From the IMG/VR virus record IMGVR_UViG_3300005336_000013, positions 1 to 45,907 of that record: 45,907 bases of DNA; one strand, given 5' to 3'. The notes beneath the pieces are model-generated. The model ran no database searches, was not told the origin of the DNA, and saw only the letters and a list, made by a program, of their open reading frames with translations. Origin of the DNA: a virus. Positions 18,575 through 27,445 of the stretch are shown piece by piece. Every line of letters begins with the position of its first letter. Positions within the stretch are counted from its first letter, which is position 1. Position numbers and translations under genes: made by a program.

Positions 18575-19441
18575 TCAGTTCTTCATCAGCGAGCCGCGGC
18601 CCGTCTTGGCGAGGACCACGACTCGAGCGTCGGACACCCCGCCGGCGGAGACCACGTCCCAGATGATCTGAGTCGGGTTGGGCGACATGCCGTACAGGAG
18701 GTTGGTGATGGCGACCTTGTCTCCGGCCGCTGTGATGGCCCCCGCAACACCGGTGGAGGCGACCACGACCGTGTTTCCGCCAATGCGGCCTACGATGTTC
18801 ACATCATGGGTTCCAGAGAGCGACACGCCCGCCACGGCCCAGTACATGGCATGATCCCAGAGGTGCAGGCGGTGCATTCCGAGAGCGCTTCCGGTGGTTC
18901 CGAGTATGAAAGTAGCGTCGGCTGAGATCCCAGCGTCGGACCCGAAGGCGCCGCCGGTAGAGGTGCCCCGGAGCAGATTTCCCTGGATGATGCGCTCTGC
19001 GGTCTTGGCACCAGCCGTCCCAAGAACCCCACGATACTGTCTGGCAAGAGCGAAACACTGCAGCCAGATGCCGCCGCCGGCAGCCGTCTGGTCGATGAAC
19101 AGATGGGTCGGAAGGGCAGATGCGGTTCCGTGGTGAAGATTGTCCATGACGACCGCGCTCTTGGTGAGCGGCCCGATGGTGGCCCTGGCTATGGGTAGGC
19201 CGGTATAGCCCACGACGGCGTCCGTTTGGACGGTGATGGTGTAGGATCCACCGGTGGCTCCGCCAGCGACGGACACGCCGCGCAGGATAAAGGCGCAGTC
19301 ATCCCACATGAGACTGCCACGCAGCGGATTGTTTAACCCGGTGAATGTTCCAGCGGAACTGTCTCCCGCAGTTAGTCGCACGTCGGAGTTCTGGTTGGTT
19401 GCTCCGAAGATCCGGACCTCTCTGGACTTGTCGAAACCCAT
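18575..19441 (-). CDS. Beta-rich protein of unknown function (possible virion or decoration protein)
   Basis: 288 aa, Gly/Ala/Thr/Val-rich. The two halves have similar beta-rich composition. Sits between the terminase and portal genes. Confidence 0.45.
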   Translation of the reverse strand: MGFDKSREVRIFGATNQNSDVRLTAGDSSAGTFTGLNNPLRGSLMWDDCAFILRGVSVAGGATGGSYTITVQTDAVVGYTGLPIARATIGPLTKSAVVMDNLHHGTASALPTHLFIDQTAAGGGIWLQCFALARQYRGVLGTAGAKTAERIIQGNLLRGTSTGGAFGSDAGISADATFILGTTGSALGMHRLHLWDHAMYWAVAGVSLSGTHDVNIVGRIGGNTVVVASTGVAGAITAAGDKVAITNLLYGMSPNPTQIIWDVVSAGGVSDARVVVLAKTGRGSLMKN

Positions 19442-19462
19442 TTTCTTCCTCCTACGGCTCTT

Positions 19463-20047
19463 TTAGGCGTCCGCTGGCCTGTCTGCATGAATGGTTCGTG
19501 AGTGCCACTCCAAATACCGGATCGCCGCTAAAAGCACTTCTCTGCTGTCCTTGCACATACCAAGAATGGCGTTGCACTTGGTGCAGAGCAGTCCCCTGAC
19601 GGCACCGGTGAGATGATCATGGTCAAGACAGAACGATCTATTGGTCCCAGGAGAATCCGAGCGGCAAATCGCACAGCGCCGATCCTGCGCCTCCAGCATC
19701 GCCTGATAGGTGTCCTCGTCTATCCCGAGATAGGCCTTTCGTTTCCAGGCTACCGTTGTGGCACTTCTACATCGTTTGCACGTCGGCTTGACGTAGTTGG
19801 TGCTCTTCTCCAAGAATCCAGAGATCGGCTTGGTCTCGCCACATCGCTTGCACTTCAGGGATTTCAGTTTGAGCCTTTTGGCGTTGGCTAGGCTGTTCAC
19901 ATATCCGGTAGTCCTGGGAGCCGCTCCTGCCATCAACTCCGCACATCGCGAGCATCCCTTGATCCTATGTTTCCACACCGGCGGGTGATTATGTCCGCTC
20001 AGGTTGCCGAGCTCGTCAACGCCCTGGAAGCCCTTCCGCTTGCTCAT
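19463..20047 (-). CDS. Endonuclease VII family (HNH-type) nuclease
   Basis: CAICRSDSPGTNRSFCLDHDHLTGAVRGLLCTKCNAILGMCKDS matches the recombination endonuclease VII signature. Extra CxxC pairs upstream. Confidence 0.8.
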   Translation of the reverse strand: MSKRKGFQGVDELGNLSGHNHPPVWKHRIKGCSRCAELMAGAAPRTTGYVNSLANAKRLKLKSLKCKRCGETKPISGFLEKSTNYVKPTCKRCRSATTVAWKRKAYLGIDEDTYQAMLEAQDRRCAICRSDSPGTNRSFCLDHDHLTGAVRGLLCTKCNAILGMCKDSREVLLAAIRYLEWHSRTIHADRPADA

Positions 20048-20058
20048 TGGACCCTCGG

Positions 20059-21831
20059 CTAATGTACGAGTATTGCGGGCAGACCCGTATACCTCGTCGC
20101 AAACGGGATCGGCTCTCGATGTCGAACTTCCTCAACCACCGGAACGGCAATCGGCACCCAGCGGCTCAGGATCTCGTCAGCATGGGCCTGGCCCATCATG
20201 TCGAGCGTGTCTCGCTTGATGCTGGCCGGGTATTCGTTCACGGTGGTTTTCAGCACGTTCAGATGCAAGGCCGGGATGCTCGTCAGGTAGTACCAGTGGC
20301 CCATTTTTGCTTGGGCACCCACCAGGCTGATTCGGTCGTTCTTGGCCTTCTTGTTCCAGGCCTTCACATCGATGAAGCGCGGCATCTGAGTCGGCCTGGC
20401 GTCCCGAGGAGTGGACTTCCAGATCCGCTTCATCAGGCCGACGATCCCCTTGTCAGCCGGGGATTCGCACGAGTAGAAGTGGGTGTGCCAGATGCGCATC
20501 ATGCGCTGCATCTCATCGGCTCCCATGTCGGATTCCATCTCGTTGCTGACGCACAGGTCGAGAAGGATGAAATCGATCTCGCCAGCGATGCTGTAGGAGT
20601 CGATAGTCCCGATGACGGCGTCCGAGCCCTCCTGGTGGTTGTCGTCCCCCTTCCAGGCCGGGTCGCAGTAAACCGCCCGGAATTTGGGCAGATTCCCGTA
20701 GCGCTTGGCGAATTCAGCTGGCGTTAGCGGCTGGAAGAACTCCCATTGCATCGCCTGCTCGCCCGTGAGCGTCGGGTCGAGCTGGTACTGCAGATACCAG
20801 AACCGGTCGGTCCCGCGGCGCTTCATCTCGTTCGCGCGCTCCTTCGCCAGAGCTTCCACGGACAGCCTGGGTATGGTCGGGAAGTTCGGCTTATTGTCGT
20901 CGGTAAGGGCCGGCGTCTTGACGATGAAGTATCGCGGCCTCCCGTCTTCGTGCTTGTCCTCGAGCATGGGCTTGTAGAGCGACTGGATGTGGTAGGGGGT
21001 CCCGGCGGAAACCTCCCGGGACCAGGGAGGAGCGTTCAACTGCCGGAGTTGGTCGTACCGGTCCTTCAGTTCTTCCCGGACCGTTACAGAGTCCCGCGAG
21101 TCTTCCGCCTCCCAGTCGTCCAGGAGTTTGTAGTTGAACCCGGCGCCGGCCTTGCGGCTGCCCGCGGCCTCGGCCGTCATGTTCTTCTGGTCGCTCATGA
21201 ACTCCAGGTCACGGCACGGCCAGTCCCACTGCTCCTTCTCGCCCCACTCCGAGGGCGGGATCGTGAAGCGCGCTGGCTTCCCGGAGAGCGTCAGGCAGCC
21301 CTCTCCGAAGTGCTGCCGAATGTACCGGTTGTGGCGGTTCATGTTCTTGATGGATTCGAGGGCCCCCTTCGCGCGACGCTCCAGGTTGTGGGAGTAGAGG
21401 ACAAGAATGTCCAGATCGTCAACGATCTTGTGGCGCTTGGGGGCCCAGTCCGCGAACATTTTCAGGTGGAACGACTTCAGGGCACGCCGTGGCCATTCGT
21501 TGTGCATCCCGTCATAGGAATCGAGCTCTCCGAGCGCGAGCTTCAGGTAGGCCGCGCAGAGCTCGTCCCGGTGCCGCGGAGGGTGTAGGAGGGCCCGGTA
21601 GACTGGCCGCTTGTACCAGGTTTGCAGCGCGTAATGCCAGAAAGGGTTGTGATCCAGCCCGATTACGGCCACCGGGCGGCCCGTGACGAGCTGAAACACG
21701 ATCGCGGGGTCCCCTTCCGAGTACCGGGCTACCAATTCCGCCCCGGTGAGGATGGAAAGGTCGCGTTCGATGGCGATATTGGCCTGAAGGAGTATCTCGG
21801 GGTCGACGTCGGAGCGTTTTGGGGCGCTCAA
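20059..21831 (-). CDS. terL: Terminase large subunit
   Basis: 590 aa. Walker-A-like WPRRALKS, Walker-B-like YKLLDDWEAED, and a C-terminal nuclease-like AVYCDPAWKGDDNHQEGSDAVIGTI. TTG start overlaps the upstream stop (TTGA). Confidence 0.7.
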   Translation of the reverse strand: MSAPKRSDVDPEILLQANIAIERDLSILTGAELVARYSEGDPAIVFQLVTGRPVAVIGLDHNPFWHYALQTWYKRPVYRALLHPPRHRDELCAAYLKLALGELDSYDGMHNEWPRRALKSFHLKMFADWAPKRHKIVDDLDILVLYSHNLERRAKGALESIKNMNRHNRYIRQHFGEGCLTLSGKPARFTIPPSEWGEKEQWDWPCRDLEFMSDQKNMTAEAAGSRKAGAGFNYKLLDDWEAEDSRDSVTVREELKDRYDQLRQLNAPPWSREVSAGTPYHIQSLYKPMLEDKHEDGRPRYFIVKTPALTDDNKPNFPTIPRLSVEALAKERANEMKRRGTDRFWYLQYQLDPTLTGEQAMQWEFFQPLTPAEFAKRYGNLPKFRAVYCDPAWKGDDNHQEGSDAVIGTIDSYSIAGEIDFILLDLCVSNEMESDMGADEMQRMMRIWHTHFYSCESPADKGIVGLMKRIWKSTPRDARPTQMPRFIDVKAWNKKAKNDRISLVGAQAKMGHWYYLTSIPALHLNVLKTTVNEYPASIKRDTLDMMGQAHADEILSRWVPIAVPVVEEVRHREPIPFATRYTGLPAILVH

Positions 21832-22508
21832 TGCTCTACCTCAGGGTCTTTGCCCCCCGGAGCCAGCGCAAGAGCCTCGAAAGTTGACTTAGCGGCCGCG
21901 GCAGCCTCCTCCATGACGGCTTCTCGGGCCTTGTCACGCTGTTCTGACGGCAATCCGAGGCCCTTGACCGCCTGGGAGACCATTCGGAAGCATTCACGGA
22001 AGTCCTTGGCGCTGATGTCCTCGCCTTTCCACGTTTCCCCATCGAGATGAGCCCTCATCTGGCCTTCGATGCCCTTCCTGCCGAGCGAAAACAGGTCTGA
22101 CAGGTTGGCGATCTGCTTGTCGGCCTCCGCTTTCACCTGGTCAACGGCCGCGCGCGCCTCGTCCGTGAGGTCCTTGATGGTGTTCTTGAGCTCAACGTGC
22201 GTGACCTGGACTTCATGAAGCGAGCGATCGGTGTCGATCACCGTGGAAATCTTGCGCTGACGCAGAGCCTGCCACCTCCGAGCCGCTCGGCCAAGATAGA
22301 TCACGCCGGAATCGGTCTTCCCTGGATCGAACGGGACGTTGACGAGTCGCTGGAGCTGGCCGACCCCAGTTGGAAGGGGGTACGCCTTGGCCGCATGGAC
22401 GGTTCGGAAACCCTCAGGCAGCAAGAGCCACGATCGACCGGCCTCTGCATCCTCGATATTCAGGCGCAAACTGGCGATCGTGTAGCGGTTTCCCAGCGGA
22501 GCCAGCAT
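21828..22508 (-). CDS. First gene of the late block; possible small terminase subunit (positional)
   Basis: 226 aa with a central coiled-coil-like region. Translationally coupled to the large terminase gene. No motif recognised. Confidence 0.3.
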   Translation of the reverse strand: MLAPLGNRYTIASLRLNIEDAEAGRSWLLLPEGFRTVHAAKAYPLPTGVGQLQRLVNVPFDPGKTDSGVIYLGRAARRWQALRQRKISTVIDTDRSLHEVQVTHVELKNTIKDLTDEARAAVDQVKAEADKQIANLSDLFSLGRKGIEGQMRAHLDGETWKGEDISAKDFRECFRMVSQAVKGLGLPSEQRDKAREAVMEEAAAAAKSTFEALALAPGGKDPEVEH

Positions 22509-22587
22509 CTTGGCGATGACATTCTCCCATAGGCGGTGCCGGCCAGAGGATGCGCTTCAATAAACAATCGTGCAAGATGAATGATCG

Positions 22588-22616
22588 TTGACAACTACGA
22601 ACGTTTACCGTAGATT
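22588..22616 (+). promoter_or_regulatory. Sigma70-type promoter for the plus-strand block
   Basis: TTGACA (22588-22593), exact 17-nt spacer, TAGATT (22611-22616). The ATG at 22626 is about 2-3 nt from the expected start site, with no Shine-Dalgarno. A 5-bp inverted repeat CTACG-N9-CGTAG (22595-22613) overlaps the spacer and -10. Confidence 0.6.
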
Positions 22617-22625
22617 TCCGGCCCG

Positions 22626-22907
22626 ATGACCTCCGAACGGACACGCCTGACGCGGATCTATCGGCAATTCTCTGGAGCCAAGCTGAAGGCCGCCCGAGAG
22701 GCCATTGGGGTCTCGCGCAACCGCCTCGCGCCGTGGGTTGGCTGCACGGTGATGTCGATCTACAACTGGGAAACCGGGCGCAAAGTGCCGAGTGCCCAGT
22801 ATCTGGACGCACTGGCAGCCAATCTGCGGGTCAAGGTCGACGAGTTCTATGACGTGCAGGAAGGAATGGTAAGGACCGAGGATGCCAAGAGTCCAAAGCG
22901 GCGCTGA
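22626..22907 (+). CDS. XRE-family helix-turn-helix transcriptional regulator
   Basis: 93 aa. LKAAREAIGVSRNRLAPWVGCTVMSIYNWETGRKVPSAQYLDALAANL fits the XRE HTH pattern. Confidence 0.8.
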   Translation: MTSERTRLTRIYRQFSGAKLKAAREAIGVSRNRLAPWVGCTVMSIYNWETGRKVPSAQYLDALAANLRVKVDEFYDVQEGMVRTEDAKSPKRR

Positions 22908-23580
22908 AGTCACGATCGTGACTCTGGTTTACAGAAATTTAAAATGGCTAGATTTCTGCATGGAAGGCGTTGACTCGACCAGACAGAAGACGAAGTACCG
23001 ATGGCTGGTGGTGAGCAATGACGGCACCCCAGAGGTCCGCAGTGACCAGAGAATCACGGTAGATTTCATGAATGCCGATCCGAAGGAGTGGTACATCCCG
23101 AGAGTCTACAGAGCCTGGAACGAAGGGTTCCGACTGAGCCCAACGCCTCTCGTTGTGAATCTCAGCAACGATATGTACGGCTCCGACTATTGGCTCGATG
23201 AGCTGATGGATCTGAAGCGCAAGGATCCGAAGACGATTCCGTGCGGACTGCTCATCGAAAGTGGCCGCATTCCATCGGCGATGCCGGAATACGCACAAGA
23301 CTTTGGGATCACTCCGGGGACATTCAACAAGGCTGGCTTTCTGGCAGCGGCTGCGAGGTTGCGGCGGCGCGGCGAATACGAACCTGGCAGATTATTTGGT
23401 CCGACTCTTTTTGAGCGCCAGGAATGGTACGACCTCGGCATGTACCCCGAGGGCAACCCCGGCGGAGTCCCAGGCGACCGCTATCTCTATGAGAGATACC
23501 AGGAAGCTGGGTTCAGGTGGAGTACTTGCAGGGGGGCGGTTCTCTACCATACTCAGCTTGGCGAGCAAAGCGATTTATGA
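22882..23580 (+). CDS. Glycosyltransferase family 2-like (GT-A)
   Basis: VTIVTLVYRNLKWLDFCMEGV...WLVVSNDGTPEV...AWNEGFRLSPTPLVVNLSNDMYGSDYWLDELM follows the GT2 N-terminal layout. Confidence 0.55.
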   Translation: MPRVQSGAEVTIVTLVYRNLKWLDFCMEGVDSTRQKTKYRWLVVSNDGTPEVRSDQRITVDFMNADPKEWYIPRVYRAWNEGFRLSPTPLVVNLSNDMYGSDYWLDELMDLKRKDPKTIPCGLLIESGRIPSAMPEYAQDFGITPGTFNKAGFLAAAARLRRRGEYEPGRLFGPTLFERQEWYDLGMYPEGNPGGVPGDRYLYERYQEAGFRWSTCRGAVLYHTQLGEQSDL

Positions 23581-23616
23581 AAATCCTTACCCCTTAACCC
23601 GCCAAAGGAGGTGGCA

Positions 23617-24150
23617 ATGGGAAAGCTGACAATCACTGAGGCGCTCGCCGAGATCAAGACGATCAACGCGCGTATCGCCAAGAAGAGAACCGCGGTGATG
23701 CTGTACTTCGCGCGAGACGGAAGGCTGCGCGATCCGCTGGAGACCGATGGCGGCTCGATCGAGTTCGTGAAGCGAGAGCGCCAGGCCATCTCGGATCTCG
23801 AGGACCGCTTGGTCGCCATCCGCTGCGCGATCCAGGCATCCAATCTCGCGACCACGACCACGGTTGGAGAGATCTCGAAGTCCATCGCCGGCTGGCTGAA
23901 TTGGCGCCGGGAGATCTCCAAGGGCCGGCAGCAGTTCCTGGGAACGATGACGCAGCGCCTTACCGTCGTGCGCCAGGAATGTCTCAAGCAGGGCTGGTCC
24001 ATCACTGACAAGGACCCGCAGCCAGGAGAAGTCATCGTCTCGGTCAACGAGAAGCAGCTCGCCCAGGAGACTGAGGCGCTCGAGCATCTCCTTGGAGACC
24101 TGGACGGGAAATTGTCACTGCTCAACGCTACAACGACCATCGAGCTGTAA
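23617..24150 (+). CDS. Helical protein resembling the DIP1984 family (tentative)
   Basis: ATG 23617 lies 5 nt after AAGGAGG. N-terminal KLTITEALAEIKTINARIAKK and C-terminal LDGKLSLLNATTTIEL resemble, from memory, the ends of DIP1984-type proteins. Confidence 0.35.
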   Translation: MGKLTITEALAEIKTINARIAKKRTAVMLYFARDGRLRDPLETDGGSIEFVKRERQAISDLEDRLVAIRCAIQASNLATTTTVGEISKSIAGWLNWRREISKGRQQFLGTMTQRLTVVRQECLKQGWSITDKDPQPGEVIVSVNEKQLAQETEALEHLLGDLDGKLSLLNATTTIEL

Positions 24151-24155
24151 AGAAT

Positions 24156-24443
24156 ATGCCTTCGGTTGCGAAGCGGGAAAAGCGGCTGAATATGGGCTTG
24201 GCCTCTAAAGCCATCCCCCCTATCCCTTATGAAGGGATGCCAATGGAGCATGCCGGTGACAACCGGCGCAATGCAAAGCTCAAGGCTGACGAGGGAAAGC
24301 TGCTTATTTCACGAATGACCGATGAAAGTCTAAAGTTGCGCCAAATCCTGCGCTCGCGTGACGCACGGCGAGATCCGTGCGGCGTCCTTTCAGTTGCGGA
24401 CGCTCCCGGCGTGCAGGCTGCAATTTGGAGGCATATCCAATGA
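24156..24443 (+). CDS. Hypothetical protein
   Basis: 95-aa ORF with an ATGA overlap to the methyltransferase gene. Confidence 0.45.
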   Translation: MPSVAKREKRLNMGLASKAIPPIPYEGMPMEHAGDNRRNAKLKADEGKLLISRMTDESLKLRQILRSRDARRDPCGVLSVADAPGVQAAIWRHIQ

Positions 24444-25045
24444 GTCGAGAAGACGATTCCGTCGTCCATGCCCTGGCTGAACTATGTCAGCTCTATCAGA
24501 TAAAAACTCTGTTTCAGGTCGGGGCCTGTGACGGGTACGAGGCCTACGCGGTGGCTAGCAAGACGCAGTGCCGCGTCGTCCTCTTCGAGCCGGATCCTCT
24601 GTGCGCTGCGATGGCGCCCAGCCTCGACTGGCATGCGGTCATGGTCGGTGCTACCGACTGCGTGACAACCTTCTATGCCCATGGCGCGCGTGGGCTGTCG
24701 AGTCCGATCAAGCGCGGAGACGGAGAAGAGACTGAGATGCAACTCCGGCAGACGCGGCTGGACACCTTCTGCGAGAAGCATGAGATCTGGCCGGACGCGC
24801 TACTCGTGGACACTGAAGGGACCTCTCTGGATGTGCTTGAGGGATGCGGCGATCGGATTCTGAATAGTCTCAAGGTAGCGTACCTTGAATGCCAGACCTC
24901 GGCGTTTCGCCCTGGTATGCGATTGGTCGGAGAAGTGGACGCGCTGCTGGTTGCGCATGGCATGACTTCGCATCAGGGACCGCCTTCCTATGGAGCTGGC
25001 GATGCGCAGGGCAATTACACCTTCGTTCGGATGGCTGGGAAATGA
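24440..25045 (+). CDS. FkbM-family SAM-dependent methyltransferase
   Basis: 201 aa. LFQVGACDGYEAYAVA...VVLFEPDP...RLDTFCEK...ALLVDTEGTSLDVLEGC follows the FkbM (Methyltransf_21) pattern. Confidence 0.7.
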   Translation: MSREDDSVVHALAELCQLYQIKTLFQVGACDGYEAYAVASKTQCRVVLFEPDPLCAAMAPSLDWHAVMVGATDCVTTFYAHGARGLSSPIKRGDGEETEMQLRQTRLDTFCEKHEIWPDALLVDTEGTSLDVLEGCGDRILNSLKVAYLECQTSAFRPGMRLVGEVDALLVAHGMTSHQGPPSYGAGDAQGNYTFVRMAGK

Positions 25046-25530
25046 CTGCTTTTCGTCCCCTTGCCGAAAGGTTCTGGGAGAAGGTTGAGAAAACCGACTC
25101 CTGCTGGAATTGGACGGGCGGGACATGCAGGGGATACGGAGCCATTGGGCTGGGCGGAAGGGGGGCCTCGCAAGTCGGAGCGCACCGCGTCTCGTGGGAA
25201 TTGCACTTCGGACCAGTCCCGCCAGGGCTGGAGGTCTGCCACCATTGCGACAATAGGCGATGCGTGAATCCATCCCATCTCTTTGTCGGCACAAGGCAGG
25301 AGAACGCGCTTGATGCGGTCAGGAAGGGACGGCACAAGTGTAACTTTCCAAAACCGCCGACAGGGGAGAGAGCCTATCGTGCAAAGCTGACCCTGGAGCA
25401 GGTGAGAGAAATTCGCGCCCTCAGGGAGCGCGGTGCTTCAGGTCTTGCGATAGCCAAGATGTTTCCGGTAGTTACATGGCAAACGATATACAGCGTACTC
25501 TCTGGCAGATCGTGGGTGTGCGATAAATGA
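25042..25530 (+). CDS. HNH endonuclease (HNH_3-like) with C-terminal HTH
   Basis: CWNWTGGTCRGYGAI...AHRVSWELHFGPVPPGLEVCHHCDNRRCVNPSHLFVGTRQEN. ATGA overlaps at both ends. Confidence 0.8.
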   Translation: MTAFRPLAERFWEKVEKTDSCWNWTGGTCRGYGAIGLGGRGASQVGAHRVSWELHFGPVPPGLEVCHHCDNRRCVNPSHLFVGTRQENALDAVRKGRHKCNFPKPPTGERAYRAKLTLEQVREIRALRERGASGLAIAKMFPVVTWQTIYSVLSGRSWVCDK

Positions 25531-26444
25531 AGGTAGTTGTCGTCAACGATGCGATCACGCAAATTCCAGGAACCAGAACCTTCTGGTCAGACTTGGTGGA
25601 ATGGTTCGGCGCCGAGTTTGTTTGCGCTCCATTTCAGGATCTTCCAGCGCTAGCGTCCTCGATCGAATGCGATGTGATGATTCGCAACGGCTCATACTGG
25701 CCGGCCATCACGAGCAACGCCAAGCAGGTATCTCTGATTCAGGACATATTCGACGATTCACCTCTCAGGGCCATGCAGCGCGAGGCGATCGCTTCCTCAG
25801 TCCCGATTTATAACTCTTCTTTCACTGCAGAGAAATGCGGCGATGCCGGAGGCAAAGTAATTCCTCTGCCGGTGGATTTTAGAAGTTTTGAACCTCAGAA
25901 CGCGATGGGATGCCAGCAGGCTCTTGGCCTGCCCGATGGTTGCATTTGCTGGGTAGGAGCCACCCAGGGGCCTGCTGGCCATGTGAAGGGCTACGACATC
26001 TTTCTGAAGATCGTTCGCATGAATCCGGATCTCCACTTCGTTGGTGTCTTCAAGGACGCCATTCCTGATTCGTTCCCTCCGAACCTGCGATGCTTCCTGA
26101 GGCTCACTCACGAGGAGCTGGTGAAGGTGATTGGTGCCTGCCGCGTCGGCCTGTGTACCTCGAGAATGGAGAGTCAGCACCTGGCGGGAATCGAGATGGG
26201 GGCATGTGGATTGAAGCTCATTGTCCCCGACACGGGGGTCTATTGGAAGCGCGAGGATTTACCGATCTGGAGAGTCACGGATCCGACTCCGCAGAATTAT
26301 GCCGCTTCTATCCGCGGAGTATTGCCCGAGTCATCGTTCAATGAGCATGTGCGCGGACTGTGGCAGAAAGAATTCGACCGCCCGGTGATTCGGGCGCAAT
26401 GGGAGAAACTGATCGCGGAGGTGGAGAATGATCCCCCTAAATAG
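25527..26444 (+). CDS. GT-B fold glycosyltransferase (GT1/GT4-like)
   Basis: 305 aa. WVGATQGPAGHVKGYDIFLKIV...LCTSRMESQHLAGIEMGACGLKLIVPDTG resembles the GT4 C-terminal E..g....E.ma.G motif region. Confidence 0.6.
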   Translation: MKVVVVNDAITQIPGTRTFWSDLVEWFGAEFVCAPFQDLPALASSIECDVMIRNGSYWPAITSNAKQVSLIQDIFDDSPLRAMQREAIASSVPIYNSSFTAEKCGDAGGKVIPLPVDFRSFEPQNAMGCQQALGLPDGCICWVGATQGPAGHVKGYDIFLKIVRMNPDLHFVGVFKDAIPDSFPPNLRCFLRLTHEELVKVIGACRVGLCTSRMESQHLAGIEMGACGLKLIVPDTGVYWKREDLPIWRVTDPTPQNYAASIRGVLPESSFNEHVRGLWQKEFDRPVIRAQWEKLIAEVENDPPK

Positions 26445-26700
26445 GGAGGTGAACACCGTCACTGAGGAGGAATGGATCACCGCCACCTCAGTCGAGCAGC
26501 GTGCGTTCAGACAGTATTGGCATAGCAAGGGCTACGGCTGGTTCAGCTGCCGTCGGTGCGGCTACCCCACGAGCCATGGAACCGTGGGATGCGATGCCTG
26601 CCGACAGATCGAGAGTCCATGGGAGAAGCGCCAAGCGGAAGAGGCCAAGGCCAAGCGGCAATGTCCGCAATGCAAGGGACGCGGAGAAGTTGAGAAATGA
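26428..26700 (+). CDS. Small Zn-ribbon protein
   Basis: 90 aa with CRRCGYP...GCDAC and CPQCKGRGE (CxxCxGxG). GGAGG upstream of the start. ATGA overlap with the next gene. Confidence 0.5.
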   Translation: MIPLNREVNTVTEEEWITATSVEQRAFRQYWHSKGYGWFSCRRCGYPTSHGTVGCDACRQIESPWEKRQAEEAKAKRQCPQCKGRGEVEK

Positions 26701-27443
26701 TCTGGTCGATTCTCATCGCAGGAATTCCGGAGAGGTACCATGTCGTCCAGCCGCTCCTACTTTCGCTTCTCGAGCATCAGTCAGTGGCGCGTATGCCCGA
26801 CGTTGAGCTCCTTTACCTACTTGATAATCGACGACGTTCTGTCGGAGCGAAGCGCAACGCCCTCCTTGGAGCGGCTACTGGCGAGTATGTCTCGTTCGTT
26901 GACGACGATGATCAAGTCGCGAACGACTACGTCCAGAAAATCTACCGGGAGATCTGCAAGACGAGGAAACTAGCAGTGCCTGGGGATTGCCCGACCTGCG
27001 GAGGAACGGGATGCAAGACGTGCGGTGGCGGACATCCGGAATGTCAGCACAACTGCCCGGGGTGCGATGGAACAGGAGACACTCCGGGTCCATTCAGGGC
27101 CGACGTGATCTGCTTCGGTCAACGCTGCACACTTCAGCCCGCCGGCGTCATCCACGAATGCACCTACTCGCTGGCGCACTGGAAGGATCGGGCACCGGAG
27201 GCACGGCGACAACTCGCGCCCTCCGACAAGCCGAACATGCTGAACTGGAGCGGGCCCCCCTCGCACACCATGGCCTGGCGGCGCGAGACTGTCCAGGGGG
27301 TCCGCTTCGAAGAAAAGCAATTTGGTGAGGACGTGAGCTGGGTGGACAAGTGCTGTGAGCGCGCGCAGCGAGAGATTCAGATTCCAGGGCCTCCAATCTA
27401 TTTTTACAACTTCAACGAGATGACGAGCGCGACAAGGGGGTAG
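26697..27443 (+). CDS. Glycosyltransferase family 2-like with an inserted CxxCxGxG zinc-finger segment
   Basis: MIWSILIAGIPER...GAKRNALLGAATGEYVSFVDDDDQVANDYV gives the GT-A DxD region. It is followed by CPTCGGTGCKTCGGGHPECQHNCPGCDGTG. Confidence 0.6.
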   Translation: MIWSILIAGIPERYHVVQPLLLSLLEHQSVARMPDVELLYLLDNRRRSVGAKRNALLGAATGEYVSFVDDDDQVANDYVQKIYREICKTRKLAVPGDCPTCGGTGCKTCGGGHPECQHNCPGCDGTGDTPGPFRADVICFGQRCTLQPAGVIHECTYSLAHWKDRAPEARRQLAPSDKPNMLNWSGPPSHTMAWRRETVQGVRFEEKQFGEDVSWVDKCCERAQREIQIPGPPIYFYNFNEMTSATRG

Positions 27444-27445
27444 CC

